Positions 29,388 through 39,475 of a DNA stretch of 54,555 nt are shown here, in pieces; the first letter of the stretch is position 1; the number at the start of each line of letters is the position of its first letter. The position numbers and the translations under genes were made by a program. The stretch lies in IMG/VR virus record IMGVR_UViG_3300020195_001417. One strand, given 5' to 3'. Source of the stretch: a virus. The notes under the pieces were generated by a model. It ran no database searches and had not been told where the DNA came from. It worked only from the letters and a program-made list of their open reading frames with translations.

Positions 29388-29942
29388 ATGTCTACTACAC
29401 AACTTGTGGAGCAATATGTCCCATTGGCTAATAAGCTGGCTTTTCAGAAGAAAAAGTCGCTGCCACGTTTCATCGACATCGAGGATTTGCGGTCAGCCGC
29501 ATACCTTGGATTAGTTGAAGCAGCAAACCGTTTTAACCCAGATATGGGCGTTTGTTTTTCAACATTCGCCTACCCACGAATCAACGGGGCAATCATTGAT
29601 TACCTGCGTGATCAGGGCTGGATGAGACGGGGCGACACATGTCACATCATTAGTTTGGATGCCCCTGTGGCAAACAGCGAGATGTGCGTTCTGGGAGATA
29701 CAGTCGCAGCCAAAGAAGAGATCACTGATCAAGAAGAAGTTCTTGAGGTGATCACCTTGAATTTGGACAATCAAGCCAAAGCTGTCCTCAGACACTATTT
29801 CATTGATGAACTTTCGATGAAGGAAGTCGGTGAGAAGTTCGGTGTCACCGAGGGCAGGATCAGTCAGTTGATTAAAGAGTACAAGCAAAGAATTCGTACC
29901 GATTGGTCCGAAGAAGAGCTTCGTGCTGAACTGGCTGCGTAA
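29388..29942 (+). CDS. sigma-70 family RNA polymerase sigma factor (region 2 + region 4, FliA/group-3-like)
   Basis: DLRSAAYLGLVEAANRFNPDMGVCFSTFAYPRINGAIIDYLRD (region 2.1-2.4), LSMKEVGEKFGVTEGRISQLIKE (region 4.2 HTH). Confidence 0.8.
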   Translation: MSTTQLVEQYVPLANKLAFQKKKSLPRFIDIEDLRSAAYLGLVEAANRFNPDMGVCFSTFAYPRINGAIIDYLRDQGWMRRGDTCHIISLDAPVANSEMCVLGDTVAAKEEITDQEEVLEVITLNLDNQAKAVLRHYFIDELSMKEVGEKFGVTEGRISQLIKEYKQRIRTDWSEEELRAELAA

Positions 29943-29954
29943 ATTGGAGCACAA

Positions 29955-30878
29955 ATGAAGTTCTTGCTAAGTTTAGCGATTCTATTCGGCATGGTTGCCA
30001 ACTCTTTTGCTGGGGAGAAGATCTTTAAGGTTCTTCGACCCAATGAAATAGCGGAGGAGAGTGCATCTGCTGGTGGAATTCCAAAAGAAATTGAGGGACT
30101 CCAATGGAATCGTTGGACCAGCAAGAACTTCGTTGTGTTAGCTCTGAATGATTCTTATGCCAAGTATCTTAATGAACACCTAGAATCGGTGAAGACTTGG
30201 ACTCTCGCTCGATGGGGCTTGTTTGATGTCGATTACTCTGTGCCGTGCAAATTCATTTGCGTGGACGATCCAGCGGTATTTGAGAAATTGTTCAAACTGA
30301 AGAAGACCAAAATTGAGGTTCGTCGAGACGATAAAGGCAAGATCAAAGAAACAGTGATCTTTCTGTTGGCCGATAATTCTCCATCCCATTGCGTTCCCGG
30401 ACCTCTGACAGAAATATCATTGGCGGAATTTGGGCAGAAATATGACACAGAGTTTGGTTGGTGGACCTATCGTGGCATGACTCTTCTGAATGGTTCGCTC
30501 GATCAAATTCGTGGTCGCATTTCTTACATGAAATCGCCAATCGAGAAGAACAGTCAATTGTTTTTCGGCAAGAGTTTGTTGGAACTCAAGAGAGATCAAT
30601 ACGAGAAGCTGTCTGATGCAGAGAAGGCTCTATTTGATTCATCGGCTGTCCTGTTCTGTTTGATGGTTCGTAAAGAATTTGGGCAGGACAAGTTTCATCA
30701 CATGATGAAAGACTCTATTGCGAACCCTGAAGCATCTTTGTCTGACAGGCTTGGATTTAGATCCTATGCAGAATTCGACAAGACATTCAAGAGATACATG
30801 ATTGATCTGTCTGGAGATGTTGTGTCTAACAAGACACCAGACCGTTACTTACAGATCTATGAGCCTGAAAGAGATTAA
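29955..30878 (+). CDS. secreted protein (signal peptide), unknown function
   Basis: MKFLLSLAILFGMVANSFAGE signal peptide. Confidence 0.45.
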   Translation: MKFLLSLAILFGMVANSFAGEKIFKVLRPNEIAEESASAGGIPKEIEGLQWNRWTSKNFVVLALNDSYAKYLNEHLESVKTWTLARWGLFDVDYSVPCKFICVDDPAVFEKLFKLKKTKIEVRRDDKGKIKETVIFLLADNSPSHCVPGPLTEISLAEFGQKYDTEFGWWTYRGMTLLNGSLDQIRGRISYMKSPIEKNSQLFFGKSLLELKRDQYEKLSDAEKALFDSSAVLFCLMVRKEFGQDKFHHMMKDSIANPEASLSDRLGFRSYAEFDKTFKRYMIDLSGDVVSNKTPDRYLQIYEPERD

Positions 30879-31129
30879 GGCTTTTTCATCTTCTTCATCT
30901 TCTTCATAAACATGGGTTTTGCACCCATTGGACCTGCTGCTCCACCACCTCCACCACCTCCACCGCCACTTCCACCTCTAGGAGTCTGTCCAGAGACAGG
31001 TCCAAGTAGGTTCTTGAATGGTTGGCCATCAGATGGTTTTTTGACGCTAGAAGCTACAGGGAATCCTAGAAGCCCGTTGTCGCCGTTACCGCCTTCTTCT
31101 GTAAGTTTGATGAAGTGTTTGAATCTCAT
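30875..31129 (-). CDS. small Gly-rich protein with poly-Gly tract and MKK-repeat C-terminus (uncertain)
   Basis: minus-strand ORF over simple repeats; + strand alternative encodes poly-Pro and looks non-native; weak RBS. Confidence 0.3.
   Translation of the reverse strand: MRFKHFIKLTEEGGNGDNGLLGFPVASSVKKPSDGQPFKNLLGPVSGQTPRGGSGGGGGGGGGAAGPMGAKPMFMKKMKKMKKP
30879..30990. repeat. simple tandem repeats: (cttcttcat)n at 30884-30908 and (ccacct/ccgcca)n at 30943-30975
   Basis: visible directly. Confidence 0.7.
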
Positions 31130-31174
31130 GCTTTATCTATTGCTCAATGATGTGATTTCATATAATCTATTGGT

Positions 31175-31390
31175 ATGGACGAAATTCAACTTGCTCTGCG
31201 AGAGCGTTATTCTGGCATACACCCACTGTTGTTCCATAGATGCTTGGAAAAAGCCAAGACGAACGGTGAGTTGTTTGATTTGCTAGACTCAATGCCAGAT
31301 GAATATCCCTTTGTTTGGGATGAAGAATCTCGGAAATGGGTCGTTACTGATTTGTTGCAAAGACCAACCAAACCCAAGGAGAAATCATGA
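31175..31390 (+). CDS. hypothetical protein
   Basis: ORF only. Confidence 0.35.
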   Translation: MDEIQLALRERYSGIHPLLFHRCLEKAKTNGELFDLLDSMPDEYPFVWDEESRKWVVTDLLQRPTKPKEKS

Positions 31391-31956
31391 ATACAGTTGT
31401 GATGATCGCAGCGGCAACTCTGGGTCAGTTTTTCGATTGCCCCCCGCCGCCAATTTGTCAGGCACCAATAGTTTACAGTGCTCCAGCCGATTACGTGTTT
31501 ATTGAGTTGGATGGGATGAACGAACGCACTAGAAGCTATGAACTTATCGAGTATGGAGAAAAGAAGTGGCGTGTTCCTGTAATCAATGGATATGTGCCAG
31601 ATGTGTCTCGGTGCAAACTTAGTTCTGGCGGATACAAGATTCGTTACAACTATTCCAGCAGAACTCCTCTGGAAGAATGTGTATTGTGCGAGAAACTTGT
31701 TCCTGCCAAATCTAATGTGCCTAGACAAACCAGAGGAGGGGCTTTGCCAAGAATTCCTCCAGAGCCAATGAAAACTCCAGCACCTGTTGAAGAGATCAAT
31801 CCAGAGCCACGCAGAACTTTGGTAAAGCCAAGACTGGAACCGGAACGAGAACCTGAGCGAGATCCTCCAAGGCTAAATTTGAAGAGGCCCTCTGAAGTCA
31901 TAGAATCTGAAGATAACAGGGTCAATCCGAGCTATGGCAAGGAGAATCTCAGATGA
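31387..31956 (+). CDS. hypothetical exported protein with Pro/Glu/Arg-rich C-terminal tail
   Basis: N-terminal hydrophobic segment; PEPRRTLVKPRLEPEREPERDPPR tail. Confidence 0.4.
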   Translation: MNTVVMIAAATLGQFFDCPPPPICQAPIVYSAPADYVFIELDGMNERTRSYELIEYGEKKWRVPVINGYVPDVSRCKLSSGGYKIRYNYSSRTPLEECVLCEKLVPAKSNVPRQTRGGALPRIPPEPMKTPAPVEEINPEPRRTLVKPRLEPEREPERDPPRLNLKRPSEVIESEDNRVNPSYGKENLR

Positions 31957-32534
31957 GACTTCATGAGGAGTACATTCATCGGCACAACTTGCAAATTCCA
32001 GTTATTCGATATGACTCCAGATCGAATCTATTCCTGAAAACTAAAGATGCTCCATTTCGATGGAGCATCTTTAACATCATTTGGAGGCCCCAGTCTGGCA
32101 GGCCCGGTTTCTATGAATTTGCTCGAATGGAACCGATGCACAACGGCAATGGAACATTCCGCTGTTTTGAGAAAGACAGGTATGTCTATTGGGACCAATA
32201 TGAATGTGAGATTGCAAAAGTTGTAAACGATTACAAAGATCAGAATTTTTTCCCTTTAGCAAGCAGACACAGAAGTTTGATGGCTTGGGAGATGTTTCTT
32301 TACATGTATGATGGCTGGCTGTCTGAAAGAATGGATGCCAGATTTTATCAGCAAGTAGAGCGTAGCACTATGGAAACACTTGACTTGAACACCAGATCTA
32401 CAGCTTATAGGTCGGCAAACAGAATGCTCTCAGAATGCTTCGGTTCTGAGAAGGTGGTTCAGACACTGAATTACCAGATCATGCCTATGATCAATGGTCA
32501 CTCACAATGGTTGGAAAATTTGTTCAATGCCTAA
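31953..32534 (+). CDS. hypothetical protein
   Basis: ORF only. Confidence 0.4.
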   Translation: MRLHEEYIHRHNLQIPVIRYDSRSNLFLKTKDAPFRWSIFNIIWRPQSGRPGFYEFARMEPMHNGNGTFRCFEKDRYVYWDQYECEIAKVVNDYKDQNFFPLASRHRSLMAWEMFLYMYDGWLSERMDARFYQQVERSTMETLDLNTRSTAYRSANRMLSECFGSEKVVQTLNYQIMPMINGHSQWLENLFNA

Positions 32535-33603
32535 AAGCTTTTCTCCAGTAAGAATCCAGAATCCAACTTCTCTCCAACAACTCGCAAAAGTTAGTCCGGG
32601 GCAGGAGATTTCTATGTATTTGGACGACGACATCTTCGGCGAACACGCAGTTGATGTTTCCACAGAGTTGTTGACTGTTGAAGCTAAACCCCACAAGAAT
32701 GGCAGACTCTACACAATCAAGCACTCCGACTTGATCCATGACTGGGCCGAATACTCATCGGCGATGCTTGGAGAGATCTGGATTGATGGCAAGAAAGCGA
32801 TTGGCAAAGTTGGTGTTCTGTTAGAAACAACCAACTTAGAGAAAACCAACATCAAAACAGTCGTGAACCCAGATTGCATGGATCTGAGGATGTATCCATA
32901 CAACATCTTTGAGGTAATTGTTTATGACAATAGATTTGGATATCACGACGAATGGACGTTTGAGTGGAAGTCGATAAAAGATGTTGGCGTGCAACAATTG
33001 GGATACGACCATCTCTGTCTTCATTCTTGGGAACACTACTATAACGGACTAGAACCTGCAAATTATCTGTATGCAAGGTTGCCTAGAGGAGATGCTGAAA
33101 ATGGCATGTTGACTCGGCAGCATCACTTCTGGTTTAGACTGGACAACAAAGCTTTTGCTCTGGTTGCAAAAGAAACTTCTATTGTTCATGTTGGCAATCT
33201 TGTGGTTAATGGCATCTCGAATCGTTACCAGTTGCAGTACGCAGATAAGATGAATTATCATTTGTCTGTGTATGTTGATTGCAGAAAGAAATGTTACAAG
33301 GAATTGCAAGACTCGATAAATATCAAATACAGAAATGATTGTGCTCCCAACAATTGTGGTGTGATTATTCACAAGCCAATTCCGAAGCCACCAGTTAAGG
33401 AGACATTGCCTGAAATTAGGGATGTTGATATAAGATTGGTAGAGGTTCCGGGGTACATTACAGGCTGCAAAACTTTGTCGGCCTTGAATGAATCTTACAG
33501 AGCATCCAATTGGGATGACTACGAGGACGATGTTGATTGTCCGCCGTTCCCACAGCAGTATCCACAGCGGCATCACACTCAATGGTGGAGGAAATGGAAT
33601 TGA
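32494..33603 (+). CDS. hypothetical protein
   Basis: ORF only, 369 aa. Confidence 0.45.
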   Translation: MVTHNGWKICSMPKSFSPVRIQNPTSLQQLAKVSPGQEISMYLDDDIFGEHAVDVSTELLTVEAKPHKNGRLYTIKHSDLIHDWAEYSSAMLGEIWIDGKKAIGKVGVLLETTNLEKTNIKTVVNPDCMDLRMYPYNIFEVIVYDNRFGYHDEWTFEWKSIKDVGVQQLGYDHLCLHSWEHYYNGLEPANYLYARLPRGDAENGMLTRQHHFWFRLDNKAFALVAKETSIVHVGNLVVNGISNRYQLQYADKMNYHLSVYVDCRKKCYKELQDSINIKYRNDCAPNNCGVIIHKPIPKPPVKETLPEIRDVDIRLVEVPGYITGCKTLSALNESYRASNWDDYEDDVDCPPFPQQYPQRHHTQWWRKWN

Positions 33604-34217
33604 TTCACCACATTAGCTTTAAGGACAAGAAGAACACGCCTTCAATGCACTTTGAGGTAAGTCATGGTTCTTTTGGTCTGGACGTTGAACCATACAGATT
33701 CGAAACTTGTCGTGAAAGATTCGGAAGGCAGTGGGACCAAGACACCAAAGGGTTTTATCTAACCCATCCAATAAACAAAGGATATTCTGTTGCAACTTTC
33801 TTAAAGAAAACGGAGATTGTTCTTAAACAAACAGAATTTTCCGAGTATGCTTTGACCAATCGTGATACCATTCTGTGGATAGAACCCAGCAAATTTTGGA
33901 TGTGTTGTCGGATGAGGCGATCACTCTTGACCATTTTGGTTCGTGCTGGTATTCTGTATGATCCTAAACGTGACAACTATGAAGAGGCACTTTTTACAGA
34001 AAAATGGGCAAAGCCGACAAAGATGGCGGTGATGCGTTTTCTGTATGGATTCACCAAATACATCGGTCCAACTATCGACGATCAACAAAGCATTGAAAGT
34101 CGTGGCTGGAAGTACGTTTTCGAAAATCACGACGAGCAATACACGAAGAATTGCTTAATCTGGCCGGAAGATAACGCCTACAAACCACAAGGCCCTCTCT
34201 CCGGCATTTGGATATGA
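33537..34217 (+). CDS. hypothetical protein
   Basis: ORF only. Confidence 0.4.
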   Translation: MSAVPTAVSTAASHSMVEEMELIHHISFKDKKNTPSMHFEVSHGSFGLDVEPYRFETCRERFGRQWDQDTKGFYLTHPINKGYSVATFLKKTEIVLKQTEFSEYALTNRDTILWIEPSKFWMCCRMRRSLLTILVRAGILYDPKRDNYEEALFTEKWAKPTKMAVMRFLYGFTKYIGPTIDDQQSIESRGWKYVFENHDEQYTKNCLIWPEDNAYKPQGPLSGIWI

Positions 34218-34705
34218 GGAAGGAATCTCAGATGCTCAAGTCAGTAAAAGGCTGCATGTTCATCAAGTGGTTACATTCGGGACTTTACAGAGATGCCGCT
34301 CTTTTAGAGTCCCACAGTTCCGAAAACTTTCTTAAAGAAAGAGACATTCGGGAGTTGATGCGTAAGAAGTATGGAATGGGTGGATTCGTTCTTACAGAAA
34401 TCAACAAGCCGATTGGATACACGGTCTACGAGCACACCAATGGAGTGCTTGAGATCATTAACTTGGTGGTTCACCAAGATTACCGCCGCCGTGGCATGGC
34501 CTCACTTTTGTTAGAGAAGCTTGCCACAAGAAGCCGTTGGTCATCCATGCAGGTCTGCGTGAGAGAATCCAATCTGGCCGCACACTTATTTTTCAAGAAG
34601 CAAGGATTCTTAGCCACTGGTGTAAAACGGCGGTACTTCGAGGATCATGTTTTTGGGGAAATGAAGTTCGAAGATGCTTACCATTTCAGAAAGGAAAAAG
34701 CATGA
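34208..34705 (+). CDS. GNAT N-acetyltransferase, RimI-like
   Basis: VLEIINLVVHQDYRRRGMASLLLEKL (motif A) and VCVRESNLAAHLFFKKQGFLATGVKRRYF closely resembling RimI LEVRESN.AA..LY...GF. Confidence 0.65.
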   Translation: MDMRKESQMLKSVKGCMFIKWLHSGLYRDAALLESHSSENFLKERDIRELMRKKYGMGGFVLTEINKPIGYTVYEHTNGVLEIINLVVHQDYRRRGMASLLLEKLATRSRWSSMQVCVRESNLAAHLFFKKQGFLATGVKRRYFEDHVFGEMKFEDAYHFRKEKA

Positions 34706-35484
34706 AAACATTGTTTTTAGCAGCATTTTTAGCAATCACATCGGTCGCCATGGCCGAAGAACCGAGGATGGTTATTTCTGGCACGGGAACTGTAACCGCA
34801 GAACCAGATGAAGGATACATCACGATTGGAGTAGCCATCGTGAAACCAACATCTTCAGAAGCATTGAAGGCAAACATCGAATCCATGCGTTTGCTGTATG
34901 GAAGACTGGATCATTTTGGTGTTGCCGCAAAAAACATCAAGACGATTGATTTCTCAGTCGGAGAACATTACTCCAACGTGGAAACTGGTGGAAAAGACAA
35001 CAATGGTAATCCCATCTTTAAGACAGTCAAAGATGGATATGTTGTGTCAAATGTGATTCGAGTCACAGTCTGTGAACTTCCAAAGTTTGGAGACATTCTT
35101 GATGCTGTGGTCCAAGATGGTGCCACACAAGTTCAGAACATCAACTTCGGATCATCTAAGGCAGATGAAAATCTCGATGCGGCTCGTGCATTGGCAGTCA
35201 AGGATGCCTTGAAGAAAGCCAATACATTGTCCGAAGGTCTGGGAGTTGCTTTGGGACAGGTTGTATCTGTCTCAGAAGGTGGTGGAGTTCAGCCAAGAAT
35301 AATGTATCGTGCCGCAGTAGCAGAGGCAGCACCGGGCGGATCTCCGATTTCTGGTGGAACTCTGACATTCAGTGTTTCCGTCAATGTTCAATGGGCATTA
35401 ACTGCAAAGGTTGTTGATCCTATTGAACACAGAATCGAACCAAATCCTTTCAAGAAGAAATTGAAAATCGAAGTGGAGAAGTAA
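34702..35484 (+). CDS. SIMPL/DUF541 (YggE-like) secreted protein
   Basis: signal peptide MKTLFLAAFLAITSVAMA; SKADENLDAARALAVKDALKKANTLSEGLGVALGQVVSV typical of SIMPL domain; ATGA overlap with upstream GNAT. Confidence 0.6.
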   Translation: MKTLFLAAFLAITSVAMAEEPRMVISGTGTVTAEPDEGYITIGVAIVKPTSSEALKANIESMRLLYGRLDHFGVAAKNIKTIDFSVGEHYSNVETGGKDNNGNPIFKTVKDGYVVSNVIRVTVCELPKFGDILDAVVQDGATQVQNINFGSSKADENLDAARALAVKDALKKANTLSEGLGVALGQVVSVSEGGGVQPRIMYRAAVAEAAPGGSPISGGTLTFSVSVNVQWALTAKVVDPIEHRIEPNPFKKKLKIEVEK

Positions 35485-35486
35485 AC

Positions 35487-36209
35487 ATGAGCAAGATTTT
35501 TTTCACAGCCGACACACATTTTGGTCACGGCAATATCATCAAGTATTGCAACCGACCATTTCTTACAGATGCCGATAAAAAGGCTTTGGCGGAGAATGGG
35601 GGATCATGGCATGACGGTACGTGGAAAGGCAATCGCTCAAGTGATTGGCGGATCACCAGAGATGCCGTAGACATGATGAATGACGTATTCACCGACAATA
35701 TCAACGCTATGGTTGGAGAAGACGACATTCTGTGGCATCTCGGTGATTTCGCTTTCGCCCAACGTGAAAACTACGTCCGTAAATGTGAGTTCTATCGGAA
35801 CCGCATTCACTGTAAGAACGTAAACATCATCTGGGGCAATCATGATGAACCACACATGATTAAGCATCTTTTCAAAGAGAGCCATTTCATGCACAGCATC
35901 TCTTTGCCACCAAGTCGCAACAAGATCATTCTGTGTCATTATGCGATGGCAGTGTGGGATGGGTCTCATCGTGGCAATTGGCAGTTGTATGGGCACTCTC
36001 ACACAAACGCCGAACCATGGATGGACAAAAACATGCCCGGCAGAAAGAGCCTCGATGTAGGGGTGGATAACGCCAATAGGTTGCTTGGTTCTTACAGGCC
36101 ATTCAGCCTTGAAGAATTGGAAAAGATGATGTCTAAGCGAGAAGGTTTCTCAATGGATCATCATGTTCCTAGAAATAGTACCGCTCCAAGAGAGGAAGAC
36201 TTGACATGA
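35487..36209 (+). CDS. calcineurin-like metallophosphoesterase
   Basis: FFTADTHFGH, LGDFAF (GD), GNHD motifs. Confidence 0.75.
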   Translation: MSKIFFTADTHFGHGNIIKYCNRPFLTDADKKALAENGGSWHDGTWKGNRSSDWRITRDAVDMMNDVFTDNINAMVGEDDILWHLGDFAFAQRENYVRKCEFYRNRIHCKNVNIIWGNHDEPHMIKHLFKESHFMHSISLPPSRNKIILCHYAMAVWDGSHRGNWQLYGHSHTNAEPWMDKNMPGRKSLDVGVDNANRLLGSYRPFSLEELEKMMSKREGFSMDHHVPRNSTAPREEDLT

Positions 36210-36517
36210 TCTTTTTGTTGATCGCCGCAGTCATGGGAGTTGTTGGTGGATTAGGCTGGAGTTTGCCAGCATTAGGCATTGCCTATCTGAAGAGCATGAT
36301 GTTCCCAAAGAAGAAGTCATCAGGCACCGCAGAGATGGCCTTCTTGGCTGAATGGGTATTGCTTCAGGGAATCTTGGGCTGGATTACAATAATTGGATTC
36401 CCGGTAGCTTTCTTTTTTGTGGATGCAGTAATTGTGTTCCACTTCATGCTTTTGTATTTGTTCATATCATTACTCAGTGCAGTGTTGCTTTGGTCTTTCA
36501 TGTTCTCTGATAAATGA
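36206..36517 (+). CDS. membrane protein (3 TM)
   Basis: hydrophobic helices throughout. Confidence 0.4.
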   Translation: MIFLLIAAVMGVVGGLGWSLPALGIAYLKSMMFPKKKSSGTAEMAFLAEWVLLQGILGWITIIGFPVAFFFVDAVIVFHFMLLYLFISLLSAVLLWSFMFSDK

Positions 36518-36573
36518 GATTGCGGTAACATCTTGTTTCTGATAGCATTCCTTTTCGTCAGGAAAGGAATCCT

Positions 36574-37056
36574 ATGATAGAAATTGAACTCACACCAGAG
36601 ATGGTGAAAGATGCAAGAAAAGAAGCAGAAGAACTCGGAGTCTTAAAGAATTCCATTACCAAAGGCGTTGGTAACATCATTGGAATTCTCGGTGAGATGG
36701 CAGCAGCAAAGGCTACTGGCTCCACGAGAGCAAACACTAGAGATTACGATTTGCTCAGACCCAACGGTCAAACATCCGACGTGAAATCGAAGAAATGTTC
36801 AGGGCCACCAGAACCTCATTTTGAGTGTTCGGTGGCCGATTTCAATACAAGCCAGAAGTGTGACTACTATGTATTTGTCAGAGTCCTCAATGACTTGAGC
36901 AAAGCGTGGGTCGTCGGCGAGCTTCCGAAGGCTGAGTATTTCGAGAAAGCCGTGTTCATCCAACAGGGTCAGTTCGACCCGGCGAACAACTGGCGTTGCA
37001 AGGCCGATTGCTACAACGTCCCAATCAGCAACCTGAATGAAGTTCAGAAAGCCTGA
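36574..37056 (+). CDS. hypothetical protein, possible PD-(D/E)xK nuclease fold
   Basis: D-x-D...SDVKSKK arrangement; RBS buried in 8-bp hairpin ATTCCTTT/AAAGGAAT at 36550-36573. Confidence 0.25.
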   Translation: MIEIELTPEMVKDARKEAEELGVLKNSITKGVGNIIGILGEMAAAKATGSTRANTRDYDLLRPNGQTSDVKSKKCSGPPEPHFECSVADFNTSQKCDYYVFVRVLNDLSKAWVVGELPKAEYFEKAVFIQQGQFDPANNWRCKADCYNVPISNLNEVQKA

Positions 37057-37085
37057 TTACAATTTTTGGAGCTTTACAACCGACG

Positions 37086-37115
37086 TTCCGTGCCTTACAA
37101 TAATGTGGCACGGAA
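37086..37115 (+). promoter_or_regulatory. 9-bp hairpin (TTCCGTGCC..GGCACGGAA) in infA leader
   Basis: read from sequence; 22 nt upstream of infA ATG. Confidence 0.3.
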
Positions 37116-37136
37116 GTCAAATTTTGGAGAGAAATC

Positions 37137-37388
37137 ATGGCCGATAAAGAAGAAGGAATCATCGTTGAGGGCATTGTGTCCGAAAACCTCAAGAACGGGT
37201 TTAGGGTCAAATTGTGCCCACCAGAACCTGATTCACAGCCAAAAGATGATGCACAGATTGTGATGGCTCACTTGGCTGGCAAGATGCGGATGAACAACAT
37301 CAAGATCGTTCCGGGAGATCGTGTGAAGGTGGAACTGTCCCCTTACGATCTTTCACGAGGCAGAATCACGTACCGGATGAAGGGTTGA
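37137..37388 (+). CDS. infA: translation initiation factor IF-1 homologue with ~10-aa loop insertion
   Basis: [65 protein letters not shown] colinear with E. coli IF1; insertion [14 protein letters not shown]. Confidence 0.85.
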   Translation: MADKEEGIIVEGIVSENLKNGFRVKLCPPEPDSQPKDDAQIVMAHLAGKMRMNNIKIVPGDRVKVELSPYDLSRGRITYRMKG

Positions 37389-39475
37389 GATCAATGATCA
37401 CCATCGGTTCTCGTAGTTTCGACAGCGTTGATGAACTGGAAAAGCTGGTCATCCACGCCGCCACAGAATACGAACTCAATGGCTACGTCGAAGACTTCGA
37501 CGGAGTGGAAATCACCGACCCCGAATACGACGATCTCTTCCGAGAACTCAAATCTCTCAAGCCCACAAGCATTGCCTTCAAGGGGACCAGCCCCTCAGTA
37601 GCGAAAAGCAAGGGCAGCACGATTGTTCACAATCCTCCGATGACATCCATCGCCAAGGCCGATGGCGAGTTGACTGAGAAGGAAGACATCTACAACAAGT
37701 GGATGGAAGATTGCAAGACTCGTCTTGGCAAAACCCCTACCTTCTCCCAATCTTACAAGCGTGACGGTGTTGCTCTTCGCATCAACTACATCGACGGCAA
37801 GATGGTCGGGGCTGGTCTTCGTCCTCGTGATGGGATCAATGGCTCCGATGTGACTCGTCACATGAAGCATATTGCAGGCGTCCCATTGACACTGCCTCAC
37901 CCATACACACTTTCTCTGAATGGAGAGATCGAATGTTGGTTTGAGGACTTCGCAATCGTCAATGCCGAACGTGATGCGGCTGGCGAAGAACAATACAAGA
38001 ATCCTCGAAACTATACGGCTGGCTGTCTTGGCCGTGATGACGCCGCTGAGACCAAGAACGCACGTCTGCGAATCGCATTCTACAGCATCACCGGTTTCGA
38101 TGATTGGCAGGATCACTACAAGACAGAAGTTGATCGTGCCAAGTGGGCCAACAGCCCAGAAGGTCTCAATCTGCTCGACGATGATGGCAAGGGCTACTTC
38201 GTTCGGATGTTGCTCCACACCAACCGCAAGCAGTTGCAGGTGATGGAAGATCATGCCAAGAAGTTGCCATACTACGTCGATGGTGTGGTTCTCAAGGTCA
38301 ACGATCTCGAAGACCAAGAAGACCTCGGTCATACTGGCGATGATAAGGTCAATCCACCCCGTGGTGCCGTGGCGTGGAAATTCGCCGAAGAGACGGCGGA
38401 AGCTGAAGTCTCGTCCATTGAATGGAACGCATCACGTACAGGACGAGTTGTCCCCACGGCAATCTTCGACAAACCGTTCATGCTGGCCGATACCGAGAAC
38501 AGTCGAGCCACATGTAACAACTATGGCTGGATGGAAGATCGAGGTCTTGGCCCCGGTGCCAAGGTGAGGTGCAAAAAGGGCGGTAAGATCATTCCAAACA
38601 TCATGGAAGTTCTGACGCCAGTCAAAGATATTGGTTCGCCGTCTAACTGCCCAAGCTGCAATTCCACATTGGAAGTTATTTCCAGCAGTAGCGGCAATCG
38701 TGATCTGAAATGCACCAACGAAGATTGCGGTGCTAAGCACGTCAAAGGCTGGTTGTTCTATGTCACGAACATGGGTGGCAAGGGTCTTGGTGCGTCTGCG
38801 ATGGAGAAGGTGCTTAACAGTGGCAAGGTCCATAGTCTGCCAGACTTGTACAAGCTGGAAGTCTCTGACCTGACGCCACATGGATTCTCTGAACGTCAAG
38901 CACTGTTGGCGTTGGCAGCGATCTGGCGTGTGAAGCCGGATAAGGATGCCAAGCTCAAGAAGGCACTTGAAGAGGCACAACAAACCAAGCAGAAGATTCC
39001 GGCATGGCAGTTCTTTGCCAGCTTGGGCATCTCTGGTGCTGGCAACTCTGCTGGCAAGGCACTGGTCCAAGAACTTCAGACATGGGATGCAATTCGGACG
39101 GCAACCACCGACACGTTGCTGACTGTCAGCGGCATCGGCGAAACGACGGCCAAAGCAATCACTGCCTTCTTCCAGAAACGTGGGCCAGTTGTCGATGAAC
39201 TGGTGGACAAGTTCGTCGAACTGGAATTGCCCAAGTTCGGAAAGCTGACCGGTACAAATTTTGTACTCACTGGTAGTTTCACATTGGGCAAGACCCATTG
39301 GGAACATCAAATCCAAGAACTGGGCGGGAACATCCAGAGCAGCGTCGGTAAAGGCACACAGTATCTGGTGCGTGAACACGGCAAGCCAGATGGTTCTCTC
39401 TCAGACAAGGAACAGAAGGCCGCAAATCTCGGCGTGAAGATTATCGGCGTGCCAGAACTGGAGAAACTGCTGTGA
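37385..39475 (+). CDS. ligA: NAD-dependent DNA ligase (LigA): adenylation, OB, Zn-finger, HhH, BRCT
   Basis: KRDG adenylation lysine motif, CPSCNS..C..C zinc finger, [10 protein letters not shown] HhH, C-terminal [32 protein letters not shown]. Confidence 0.8.
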   Translation: MRSMITIGSRSFDSVDELEKLVIHAATEYELNGYVEDFDGVEITDPEYDDLFRELKSLKPTSIAFKGTSPSVAKSKGSTIVHNPPMTSIAKADGELTEKEDIYNKWMEDCKTRLGKTPTFSQSYKRDGVALRINYIDGKMVGAGLRPRDGINGSDVTRHMKHIAGVPLTLPHPYTLSLNGEIECWFEDFAIVNAERDAAGEEQYKNPRNYTAGCLGRDDAAETKNARLRIAFYSITGFDDWQDHYKTEVDRAKWANSPEGLNLLDDDGKGYFVRMLLHTNRKQLQVMEDHAKKLPYYVDGVVLKVNDLEDQEDLGHTGDDKVNPPRGAVAWKFAEETAEAEVSSIEWNASRTGRVVPTAIFDKPFMLADTENSRATCNNYGWMEDRGLGPGAKVRCKKGGKIIPNIMEVLTPVKDIGSPSNCPSCNSTLEVISSSSGNRDLKCTNEDCGAKHVKGWLFYVTNMGGKGLGASAMEKVLNSGKVHSLPDLYKLEVSDLTPHGFSERQALLALAAIWRVKPDKDAKLKKALEEAQQTKQKIPAWQFFASLGISGAGNSAGKALVQELQTWDAIRTATTDTLLTVSGIGETTAKAITAFFQKRGPVVDELVDKFVELELPKFGKLTGTNFVLTGSFTLGKTHWEHQIQELGGNIQSSVGKGTQYLVREHGKPDGSLSDKEQKAANLGVKIIGVPELEKLL

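Noticed and set aside
30912-31286. 124-aa plus-strand ORF with PPPPPPPPP tract
   Set aside because: Frame shadow of simple repeats; C-terminal half is hydrophobic nonsense and runs into the next gene's promoter region.
37595-39379. 245-aa and 315-aa minus-strand ORFs inside ligA
   Set aside because: Antisense shadows of a GC-rich gene with unmistakable LigA domain order on +.
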